A DNA stretch of 64,000 nt, from IMG/VR virus record IMGVR_UViG_3300043571_000425. The stretch is one strand, 5' to 3'. Positions within the stretch are counted from its first letter, which is position 1; each line of letters starts with the position of its first letter. A program made the translations under genes and the position numbers. The notes beneath the pieces are model-generated. The model saw only the letters and a list, made by a program, of their open reading frames with translations. It was not told where the DNA came from and ran no database searches. This stretch comes from a virus. Of the stretch, positions 44,745 to 56,700 are shown piece after piece.

Positions 44745-47700
44745 ATGAATTTAGGCGAACTAATTGTTGACCTGTCACTCGACTATGCAGAATTTAACCA
44801 GTCATTAGAACAGGCGAAAAAAGCCGCATCTAGCGCCGCCGCAAGTATTGAGAAATCATTCCAGAAATTATCCCTATCCGTTGACATTGACGACAAGTCA
44901 CTAACGGATTTAAACCAGCACATCAACATATCCGTACAACACTTAAAGCAAGCTAATACCTTCTTTAGAAACAACCCGATTACAACTTACGTCAATGATG
45001 ACAGCCTCACGGACTTAAACGAACACCTCAACGTGAAAGTCCGTCATTTAAAAGAGGTTAACCATTTTTACGCCCAAAATCCTATCACCGTCCGCACCAA
45101 TACCGGACAACTCGATGAGCTAGAGGAACGACTAGACAGACTTGGTAACAGAAAGGTGACGATGGAAGTTGACACCATAGTTCTGAACCAATACCAGGAC
45201 AAAACCGCAGAAGTTGTGGAACAGGCTATTTCTAATGCCATCCGTCAAATGCAAGTTCCCCAATCTAGCGGACAATCGGCGCAACAATCACCACAATCTC
45301 AACAAAATAGAGTCCAGCGGGTTCAACTGGGATTAGACCCTTTGAGGTCAATTGGCGAGGGCGTTTTTGAAAATGTCGGGAAACAGTTGAGCAAAGGCGT
45401 TGGATCGTCAATGCAGGACTCATTGGGCGTGGATATGAAGTCTTTTACTCAAATAGCCTCTAACTCAGTTCTACGTTATTTTGGCGTTGGTAAAAAAGCG
45501 CAAAAAGACCCCAAAAACAATAAATCAAAAATCAAATCTATTGTTGAGGATGCAATTAAAGATTACTCTACGGCTGTTGACAAAGGGTCAGGATCTATCA
45601 GAGGTGAACTTGACGACGTTGATTTAAGTTCAGTTGATGCGATCGCAAGAAACAGTTTATTGAGATATTTTGGAGTAGGCAAAAAAGCACAATCAGACCC
45701 CAAAAATAACCAAGCTAAGATTAAATCTATAATTGAAGATGCTGTTAAACAATATTCAGGAACTGATGTAAAAAAAGAAAATTCCGGCGTTATATCAAAT
45801 ACATTCTCTGAAATAAATAAAGCATTTTCAGAAACAGTTAATAAAGGTGTTCAGGGAATAGCAGAACGAGCTAAACTCGCAACTATCAAGGAAGTTAGAA
45901 GGGCATCAACTAACGTTTTAGCCAACTCATCAAGTGGTGTTAGAGACAGCGTAAATGGTCTTTTTGACGCTGCCGAAAGTGGTAAAAAAGGGTCTGTCAG
46001 TCAATATATCGGGCGTGGTTTAGCATCACAATCCAGGAAGGCTGTGGAAGGAACTTTTAGCAATTTATTCCCTACAGTTGCACCGATAGTTAAAGAATTT
46101 TTAGCCACTGGGAACAAACCACCTGTAGAAAAACAAGCTCCTAAACAACGCCCAGCAGACGGATTATTAGAAGCGGCCAATCAACTCAAGGAAGCCGCGA
46201 AGGCAATCAGTGAATCAGCGATTAAAGTACAATCTGTAGCACCTGTTATTCATGAACAAATAGCAGATCCTTGGGGTAGTGCTGACTTAACGCCAGTTCA
46301 AATTCCACTGAAACCAGCGAAACAGAAAACCAAGAAACAAGAGCCTGAACCCGAATTAGTTTTACTAGAACTTCCACAACAAACACAACAGCATTTTAAG
46401 ACATTAAATGCAGAAGTAGGGAAGAATACCGCTAAATCTCTGGAGTTTTTAAAAGCAACTACACAGGAAAATATTAAGCAACAAACTACACAATCAATCG
46501 CTAATATTAAGGCTGCTTTAGCTGCTATTAATCAATATTTCAAAACAGAATACAAGCAGGTAAAAGACGCTGTAGATAATGCAAAATCTACAGGGCATAT
46601 TGACGATATTAACGCTGCTAGAAGTGCAGCTAAAAATTATCAGCGTAGATTATCTGGTGCGGTTAAAGAGATAGATAGAATTGTTAAATCTGGCGAGGAT
46701 GCTGGTTTTAGTAAAGAATTTGGATCTGAATTAAGTCAAGTACACGCAACTGGCAAAGGTCAACTTGTAGCTAGTGACAAGCGTGTTGGACAGCAATTAG
46801 GTGGATTAAACTTACTCGAAGCTAATCAGTTTAAGAAAGACGTAAAAACCTACACAGAACTAGCTAAAAAAGCGGGCATTGAGATTGACGCAGGATTAAT
46901 CAAAGGATTAGATATTGGTTCAGCGGGTGTAACGGCTGAAACACGCGACCTGCTAAACGGATTGATCGCCACTGTTAAGAAAACAATGGGTATTCAGTCG
47001 CCATCATGGGTAATGATGGGAATTGGTGCGATGATTGCGGCTGGTTTAGGACTAGGTATTAAAAACGGTGTCGTTGACGTTTCTAGTGCCGTTGGGCTGT
47101 TAACGGATGCTATTGGGGATGGATTAAAAGATATTCAGTCTATTCCATCAGAAGGAATTGAGGCATATAATCAGGCGTTAGAAAATGCAGTAAGCGACAA
47201 ATCGGAACTGACCAAGAAAGTATTTGAGGAAGCTAAGGGAGCAAGCAAAGCGACATTACCTGGAATGGTATTAGGTACAACCATGATGGGTGTTGCTAAC
47301 GCGGGTTTAGTCCCTAAATCAATTGAAACACCGTTAAGGCATTTAGGAGCATTTTATCAAGGGAAAGCAGGGGTTCATCAGATGAATCCGCAATTGGCTA
47401 GAGAGGCTGAAATTGCAACTATCTTTAATATGATGCAATTGGCTGAAAAAGGCGACGGGTATTTTCCTGATAGTGGTTTTGTGGGCATGGTTAAACACAA
47501 AACTTTGCCTACTTTAGCTCATACATTGGGAGGTTTTAACTACACACAAAACAAAGACAAGGGGTTGCAAATTAACGATGTTTACGACTGGCATCAAGAT
47601 ACTAATACAGACAAAAATACACCATTCAAACTACCTAAAAATTTAGGTAGTAAAATATATAAATTCCTGGAGTCAAAGAAATGGCTACAAGATTTATTAG

Positions 47701-50700
47701 GAGTTGAAGAGAATTTATTTGGTAATACCAAAGCATTTACTAAATACAATAAAAAAACAGGGCGTGAATTATTCTCAGTCCTTAACACTCAATCTGGGAA
47801 TGATTTTCAATTAGGGCATTCAGTCCATTCTGAATTAATTGGTGGTAATCCCTACATTCAAACGCACCGATTGGATGGGAAAGGGCTGGATGATTTAACA
47901 GACTTAGCAACAAACCCTTATATTGCATCTAAAGGCAATTTTGGGCAATTCTTGAATCACCCTAAAATTCAAGAATACGTTTTAGGCGGTAGTCAACAAA
48001 ATCAACAACCGTCTGGATTATTAGGACAATTATTACCAGCATTAAAGAAAGATTTAGGCAGCAATCCCATACTCACAAATCTATTCAGTAGTGCTACAAA
48101 AGCAATTGGTAAAGGTGGCAGTTTCAAAGATATTGGTACTAATCTAATAACGTCATTTGGGCAGGGTATTTTATCATCAGATGATGGTGTTTTTGGAATA
48201 CTTGGAACTTTTGCTAAGTCTGCAATTGGTTTAGTTAAAAAGATTTTTGGTATTGCATCACCATCTAAGATATTTCATTGGATAGGATTGATGCTTGGGC
48301 TAGGATTGGAAGAAGGTGCAATGTCTTCTTTGTCTAAGGCAAATCAAAAAATAACTGGTTCAGTAAAAGCTACGACAAATAACGCAAAAACAATAATTCA
48401 GGGGGATCATTCACTTGGATTAATTGGGAACATACCCCTAGGCGTTAAAAAAGAAGTTTCAATAGGCAATCAAGTACAGGGGGCTGACGGCACTGTGTCT
48501 GGTAGTGCTGGGTATGTAAAAAACGTTCCTTACACAATAAATGACTTACGGAATCACGTAGGAGATATACTATCTGCTAACAAAAATTACGGGACTTCGG
48601 TAGTACCAGGACTGAGTGGTATCTTGGAAAATAATTTATTTCCGACTTTTAGCAAGGCGTTTAAAACAATAAAGTCTTCTCCTGTTTATACTCAAAAAAA
48701 TCAACAAAAAAATCCTCAAGCTGTATATGCTGCAACACCAAATATTCACTCACAGCCTACGATACTAAACCACGCTCAACATGCATTTAACACATTATCA
48801 AGTATTCACTCACAGCCCACTAGGTTAAACGCACCTCAGCAATCACAAGCTACAGTTTTACAGCCTACCAATACAATTTTACAGCCCTTACAGTCAAATA
48901 CTCTAAGACAGGCTAATACAGTTTTACAGCCTACCAATACAATTTTACAGCCCTTACAGTCAAATACTCTAAGACAGGCTAATACAGTTTTACAGCCTAA
49001 TTGGATGTTCCACAATCCAACAAGTCCCCAAACCGTATCTGCTGCTATCCCCCTACAGCAAATTACGCAGCTAGGGACTGAATTAGGGAATAACGTAATT
49101 TCCGCAGTCGGGAACAGCATTAAACAGACAAGGGGGTTAAGCTATCCAACATTAGGGCAATATATGAGAAATGCCGTAGTTGCTGCGGGTTCTGCTATGT
49201 CAGGGTCACTTATGGGGATGTTAGGAGGGCATTTAAAAACCTTCTTCCCCATGATCATGAAAGTTGCTTTACCAATGGCAGGTGTAGCGGCGTTGAAACT
49301 TGGTGACGGCATTACAGGCAACTTACTGAAAAATGGAATATTCAAGCAAGGCGGATTTTTAACCGAATTACTCAGTGCTTTTAGTGGCATTAAACTGGGT
49401 TCTATGGGTGGTGCAGGTATTAAATCTGCGATTACCGGGATTACACAGTTTTTGGGCGTATTTCCGATGCTGTCACCATTGGCAAGAATTGGATCAATGG
49501 CTGCTAATGCGGGTGTAGTGGCTCACGATGTTTTTAGTGGTGGCAACGGGGGACGGAAATCAGTTAATACAGTTTTAGAAAACAAGACTACTGAAAACCT
49601 GAAAGAAGCGGGTTTAAACTCTACAGGAAATTCCACCGCAGATTTAGTAGAGAATTTGGCAGAAACTACCGTCGGTGCTTTGTTTAGGATGATTGGGTTC
49701 GATGGTGTAAAAGCATCCGCCGTACAAGCATTAATCAAGGGTAAAGTTAAGCAACATTCTGAACAAATCGCTAACGCCGTTGGTGGTGTTGGTAACGGTC
49801 AAATATCCGCATTGATAGATGGATACGTAAAAGGCGATTCTACCCAATTGGCGGGTACAGCGGAATCCATGCTCAAAAACATGGGTATCACCGGATTGGA
49901 CTCTAAGCAAATTAAGCTTGCTGCTAATGCAATTACGGCTACCCTATCAGGTCTTCATGCCAAATTCGGACAGGAAGGATTTGGACTTGGTGAGTCAATT
50001 AATAAGGGATTTAGAAAATCTTTAGCAAATCTAGCTAACGCCAAAGATGATCTAGAATACAACCTCAAAAAGGCTGTAGGAAAAGCCAGCGCAGGTGACG
50101 TAATCGGCAACATCTTCAAACGGATGTCACGCGGTTTCGTTGTTGACAAGGGGATGTTTGATGAAATGTGGAATCAGGTGGGAGCATCCTTTAAAAAAGG
50201 TGCTTTCAAAGGCATGAGTGGCAACGAACAAGAGGGAATGTTCGGGAATATGATGGGATTCATGGCATCCGCTACAGCTATGTTTGCGCCGATTACCGCA
50301 ATGGCTGCATCTCTAGCTCCTTTATTCCTCCCTCTAATGCCTATAATCGCGGGTATTGGCGGTGCTATCAGGATGGTAATGCCCCAATTGAGCAAGCTGT
50401 TTGAGGGTATGCAACGGGTAGAAACCTTGCAACGCCGATTCACCTTTTTGGGTGGCTCTAAAGCGGGCGGTATCGCCGAATTGAACTACGCCAAGGGTGT
50501 CGCCAATCAAATGAATGTTCCGTCAGAAGTTGCGGCCAACTCATATTCTCAGTTGGCAATTGCGTCCAAAGGAACAAAGATGGAGGGGCAAGGCGTAAAA
50601 GACTTGTTTGAAGGTATCACCGCTTCCCTAAGTGCTTTAGGCATCAGCGGTCAAGATGCCTCCCTGGTATTTATGGCATACACTCAGATCATGGCAAAAG

Positions 50701-53700
50701 GCAAGCTGTCAATGGAAGAATTGAGACAGCAGTTAGGCGAGAAATTCCCACCGGCAATGGGTGTATTTGCTAAAGCAATGGGTGTTTCTGTGGCAGAAAT
50801 GAATGATTTAGTCGCAAGCGGTTCTATTCTGTCACAGGATATTTTACCCAAGGTCGCCAAAGTCTTAAAGCTGGATTACGGTAAATCAGCTTCAGGTAGT
50901 GCCGACAGCCTAGTTTTGGCACTTACTAAACTTGGTAACGTAGGGTTTGAAATCACTTCAATATTTACTGATAAACTATCTGGAGCGCTTGCAGGGATTG
51001 TTAATTTTGCATCGAACGGACTGGGGTTTCTAAAAGATTCTCTAGGTACTTTGATCCCATTAGGGCAATCTTTTGTAATCGGTTTTACCGCAACGATAGC
51101 GGTAGGATTGACGGTCATGATGACAAAAATTAAGCCTGTAGTAGTGCTATTGGGAACTCTACAAAGCCTTGTATTATCAACCTTTTCAGCGATTGCATCC
51201 AATTTAATGCCAATGATCATAGGCATAACCTCAGACGTTGCAGACGGTTGGTTAGGGGCTGAAAGTGATTTGATGCAAAACATGACGCGCGGGTTCACCA
51301 ATATGTTTACCGGATTGTTTTCGGCAATTGATTCCGGTGTCCGTGCCATGTCAGGCAAACCACTATTTGCTGAAGGTTTAATCGGTGGTAAAGGTGTAAA
51401 TCTAATAGTCGCTGGTATAGATGCTATCAAGGGAGCGTTGGGTGCGGTGTTTTCGATTATTCCCCCTGGAGTCGTTGAACTTGGGGCGTTGGTGTTCATG
51501 CTTGAGCAAGCGATCGCTCTTGGAAGTATGGCACTTGGTCCGGCGTTAGTCGGTGGCGGAAAAGCATTATTGGGAATGGTAGTAGGCATCAAAAACGCTT
51601 TCATCGGAACAGTTGGGACGGTGAAGATTTGGGGTGAGTTAATGATGACCTCAATGAACGCTGGTGCAGTAGCTACAGAAAAAGCAGCGGCTAGAGCGAT
51701 GATTGCTAATCAAGGTTGGAAAATGAGTCTGATAGCACTCAGATCAATGGCTACTCACGTGGCTATTGCGATGGGTATCTTGATGTTTTCCAAAGGTGAT
51801 TTCAGCAATCCACTGGGTGACAAGATTGGCGAAACTAGCAAGAAAGTTACAGTAAATCTAAATAACATGAAATCGGCTGCTTTATCGCTGGGTGAGGCGT
51901 TTGATAAAGCCGCTGGACAGTTGGTGAACTTAAACAATAAATTGACGGATACCCTGCCATCTAAAGGCGTACAGCTTGATATTCGTAACTTCTGGGATAA
52001 GACGAAAAGCACTACTTCAGATGATTTGATTCGGAATAGTAACCGCGCAGAAGTTGAAAGACGACAACGCGAAAAAGACGGCAAGCAAACTTTTGGCGAT
52101 AAAGCCTTAAACGTTGCGGACAAAGCTCTAAAATACAGCGGGATTACAACACCAATGTATTTGTACAACTCTTGGTTAAGCGATCGCTTAGTCCCAAAAA
52201 CGGACGATGCAACGATTGATTTAGTCAAGAAATACGGACTAGAAAAATATATTGCCCCTGACAAAAACCTACGGGTTGATATGGCGCAATCCCAAGTAAT
52301 CAAGGCTTTGCAGGATTCAGAAGCTAACACCAAAGCATTAGCAAGCACCTATTCTAAATTAGGACTAACGAAACAGACTCAACAAAATTATTTAATCCCT
52401 GAAAAAATGGGTCCAGTCAGCAACACTTTTGATATTGACGCGCAGATTAAAGCCGCTAACGACAAAATAGCGCGGCTTAATGAATTAGATAAAAAATATA
52501 CTTTTTATCAAAGCAGTAGAGCTGATGGAAGAATCTCAAAAGAAGAGGATCTATCAGGTTTTAGTTTTGGCGGAAAAACAGCAAATCCAGAAAGAATAAT
52601 CAGGGGTGATTTGGATATTGAAAAAAACATTATCAGGGAACAAATAAAACAACTTGAAAACCAGCGTGCATCAACAGCCCAAGGTGTGGAACGGTTCAAA
52701 TCTAACAAAGAAATTCAACTGATTGACGCGCAGATTTTAGCTAGAGTTAAGCGTGGTGTACAACTTGAAAAAGCCAACCCTTCTGATGCTACAAGAAAGG
52801 AGCTTGGTGGAATTGATACCGCAGTCCTGGAACTCAAAACCAGACGGGAGAAAATCATCAATGGCATGGGTTCAGATGTCAAAGACGCAAAAGAAACCCT
52901 TGATATATTAGAACAGCACAAGAAAGACATCCTGGATGGTGCTGATGAAGCCACTAAATCATTTAACATCCAAATCCGGCGAGCGATCGCCAAAAACATA
53001 GATCAGCAAATTGAGCTTGCTAAAAATGCTTTTGACATTGCACAAAAATCCGTACCCGCGCAGTTTGGAGACGACCTGTACAAAAATGCAGCTAACAAGT
53101 TACGAGACACACAAATTGCATTTGATAGGACTTCCAGTGCTGATAAAATTGCATCTGCAACCTTCAGGGCATCGGTTAATAGTTCTTCTGAAAGATCCGC
53201 TAATGTAGCCCCTATTCTGGCGAATAGACAAGTTGCTGATTTAGAAAAACAGCAGAAAGAATTAGACAATTTAACATCTCGCAAAAAAGAAACTATTGAC
53301 GCTTATGCAGCTATTCTCAGATATGGTGCGAACAAAGATGTTAAAGATGAACTAGAAAAACTCAAAGCCGAAGTTTTAAAAGATGATGAAAGCTTGGCTC
53401 AACTACAAGATGATGTTGCTACAGCAAAGCGCGGTATCCGTCAAACTTTAGTGGATCAAACTAAGCAAGTAGCCGACTATTACCGCACCGCAGTTAGAGA
53501 AGCTCAAGCTGTTAGCATCGAGTTCCAAAAAGCCCAAAAGACCCTTGAGAACTCCAGAATGCAAAACAAACTGAGAGAGGCTTTAATAGGTGCTGGCGAT
53601 AACATCTACACTCAGTTTATTGAAGGAATTATTAATATAATTTCGCAAACAACTGAGATTGAAAAACAACAATTAGAAGCCAGGAAACAACGCATTGACT

Positions 53701-56700
53701 ATGAGAATAATATTGAGGATATCCGGTTACAAGCGGCAGAATTACAGCGCAGCTTACCAGGGAAGATAATTCCGCTAGATTCTAGCATGGCGGATAATTT
53801 TAATCTCAGTCTTGAGGAGATAAACGGCACGGTTAACACGATTAACAACAGTGTTAAAAATGTCGCAAATACCCTGTCGAATGACGTTGTAGATGCCGCT
53901 AAAAAAGCTAATACTGAACTGGATAAACTGAACCAAAGTATCAAAACCATTGACAATAGCAGCAATTCATGGATAGAAGGTTTTGGCAGTAAGTTTGCTG
54001 ATTTGACTAAATCACTTGAAAACGGTTTTGATGGTGTTGGAAATGCGATCGCTGATATGACACTAAAAACCTCTAGCTGGTTAGCGTCAATGGCTACCGG
54101 ACAAGGTTTGTTGCAGAATTTAGCAGGTGGCGTTAAATCGGTAGTTAGTGGCGTATTTGGACAACAAGCGGGACAGCAATTAGATCAGGGTGTTCAGCAG
54201 CTTGCTAGTAATCCGATTGGGGCTATCAATAACTTCTTGGGCGCAAAAAACAAAATTCTCTCCCCAATCCAAGGAACTACAGTAGAAGATTTACTTAGGT
54301 ACAAGCCGTCGTATCAGCAGGGCTTTTATGGAAGTAGAGACAAAGGTGCGAGACAACACAGCAAGGTGGATTTCGACTCACGCGCCAAAGCCGGACAAAA
54401 TGCTGAAATAATTGCCAGCCTACCGGGTACAGCTACAGCTAAAAAATGGACTGGCAATAGCGGCGGCGTGTTCATTAATAGTATTTTGCCATCAGGTCAA
54501 AAAATAACCCTGGAATACGGGCATCTGTCACTTGAGAGCATTAAAAAGACTTTTGGTGGACAGCTTGGCAAAAGTATTGAGGTTCAGGCGGGGCAAAAAC
54601 TAGGCAACGTGATTCATGATGCTTTATCATCTGGTCCACATTTAGATTTTGGGGTGAGACTGAATGGTAAATACATTGAACCTCAGAAATTCTTGCAAGA
54701 TTTCATGGGTGGTAAATATGGTGGGGTGGTAAGTGGAAAAACCATGCAACAGCGTCAACCAGTCCCCAAAGTCCCGCCCATTCCCGGTCTAGATCCACGC
54801 ATAGATACCAAATTCCTGCAAACTGTAGCTAATATAGCTCAAAGCGTAGGAGCGAAACCTGAAGACCTGCTCAAAACAATGCTGTATGAAACAGGTGGTA
54901 CACTTTCACCATCTGCCAGAAACAGCCGCACCAGTGCCACAGGCTTAATTCAGTTCATGCCAGCTACAGCTAGAGGGCTGGGAACGAATATCAACGCTTT
55001 AGCACAAATGAGTCCACAAGATCAATTAGTATTTGTTCAAAAATATTTGAAACAAAATAGTAGGGGGCAAAAACTGGACTCTTTTAGAAAAGTTTTGTCA
55101 ACTGTTTTTGCTGGTAATCCTAACGCTTCATTGGGAATAGGTGATGGGGACATTACCCTTGGTAATTACCTCAAAAAAGCAGAAAGCCGATATGGAAACA
55201 CAGCACGACAATTAACACAAATTGCTATGCAAGGCGGAGCAATAGACCCAAATTCAATGCAGCAAGCGGTAACTCAAGCGGGTAGACTCAAGTTAAATAC
55301 AGCAGCCCAGCAACTCCAAACCAACCAAATCAACAGCAATTTAACTCCTGAACAAATTAGAGAAAATGAACTGAGGCAAAGGTTAGAAGCTTACAGATTT
55401 ATTAGATCAACTCGAAAATCGGCATTGGGAGACATCAGCAGCACGAAAGATTCCACATTAGGAACGCAAAGAACCGTATTAGAGGGACTATCCCCTAATA
55501 TGAGCAATGCTGACAGATTTGGAATTCAGCTTGCCGATTTGCGCCGAAAAATAGAGAAGGATATGGAGGCACTACAGCAGATTATTGATGATACGGATGG
55601 AGCGATCGCACAAAAACCAGATTTACAGGCTGCTTTTAATTTGGCGATGAAGAAATTCCCCAATGATCCAAAGTTAGCGGCTGATGCAGTTAAAGCAAAT
55701 GATCTGACTTTCAAAGCGACAGCGTTCCGTAATGCAGAAGCCAAAAAGGATCTGGCTTTCTTGAAATCTAATGCTGACGACATACTCAAAGCGTCAATAG
55801 CAGATTTTGACAAAAAAGAATTTTTCAGATTAAGTGAACAGGATATAGCGCAACAAACGAAGGTTATTGAGCAACTACAACAACAGCTACAGTCAATACA
55901 AAAATTAGAAGAGATTGACCCGCTGAATCCGTTAGTTTTAAAGATTCCGTCACTCCAGAAAAATATTGACTTACTATCATTAAACCGTGACCAATACCAA
56001 CAATTGCTAGACCTCCAAAAACGGTATTACGAAGGTGGTGGTAAGGGTGGCAACATGAGCGAAGAGGCTTATCAGAAGGAATTTAAAGCCATCCTCAATG
56101 TTAATTCTGTCAAAAAAGAAGGCATTGATCTTAACTTCAATTATGCCAATACGGTTAAGAAGATTGAGCAGGCACAAGTTGAATTAGATACGTCAAGCAA
56201 AATGTTTGACCTTTTGAATCAGAATAAATTTGATCTCCGTTCCTCAAACATTGAAACGCTAAAAAGTGGAATGGCGAATGAATTTTATACTAATCGCCTA
56301 ACAAGAGATTTGGAGACAGAAAAGGAGATGGAACGCGCCCGGCGTGCCAAAGAACAATTAGCAATTGATGTCAATGAATATAATCTTAAATTCCCAGAAA
56401 ATGCTTTTAATGCAGATCAAATCAAGGAAATGACCGCCGCATTGGATGAATTGAATAAGAAAAAATTAGACGACATCACCAGATCGGCGAAAACTTTTGA
56501 TATGGCATTAAAGGAGATGTTCCAGGAGAATCTAATCAATGGATTGACATCTGGATTCACTGAGTTAATAAACGGCACTAAATCTTTTGGTGACGTGCTT
56601 AACGACTTAGCGAATAACATTTTAAATGGGGTGCTAAATATTGCTCTGAACTCATTACTTAAAGGTGCGTTCGGTGGAGGCGGGCTGTTTAACTTCAACA

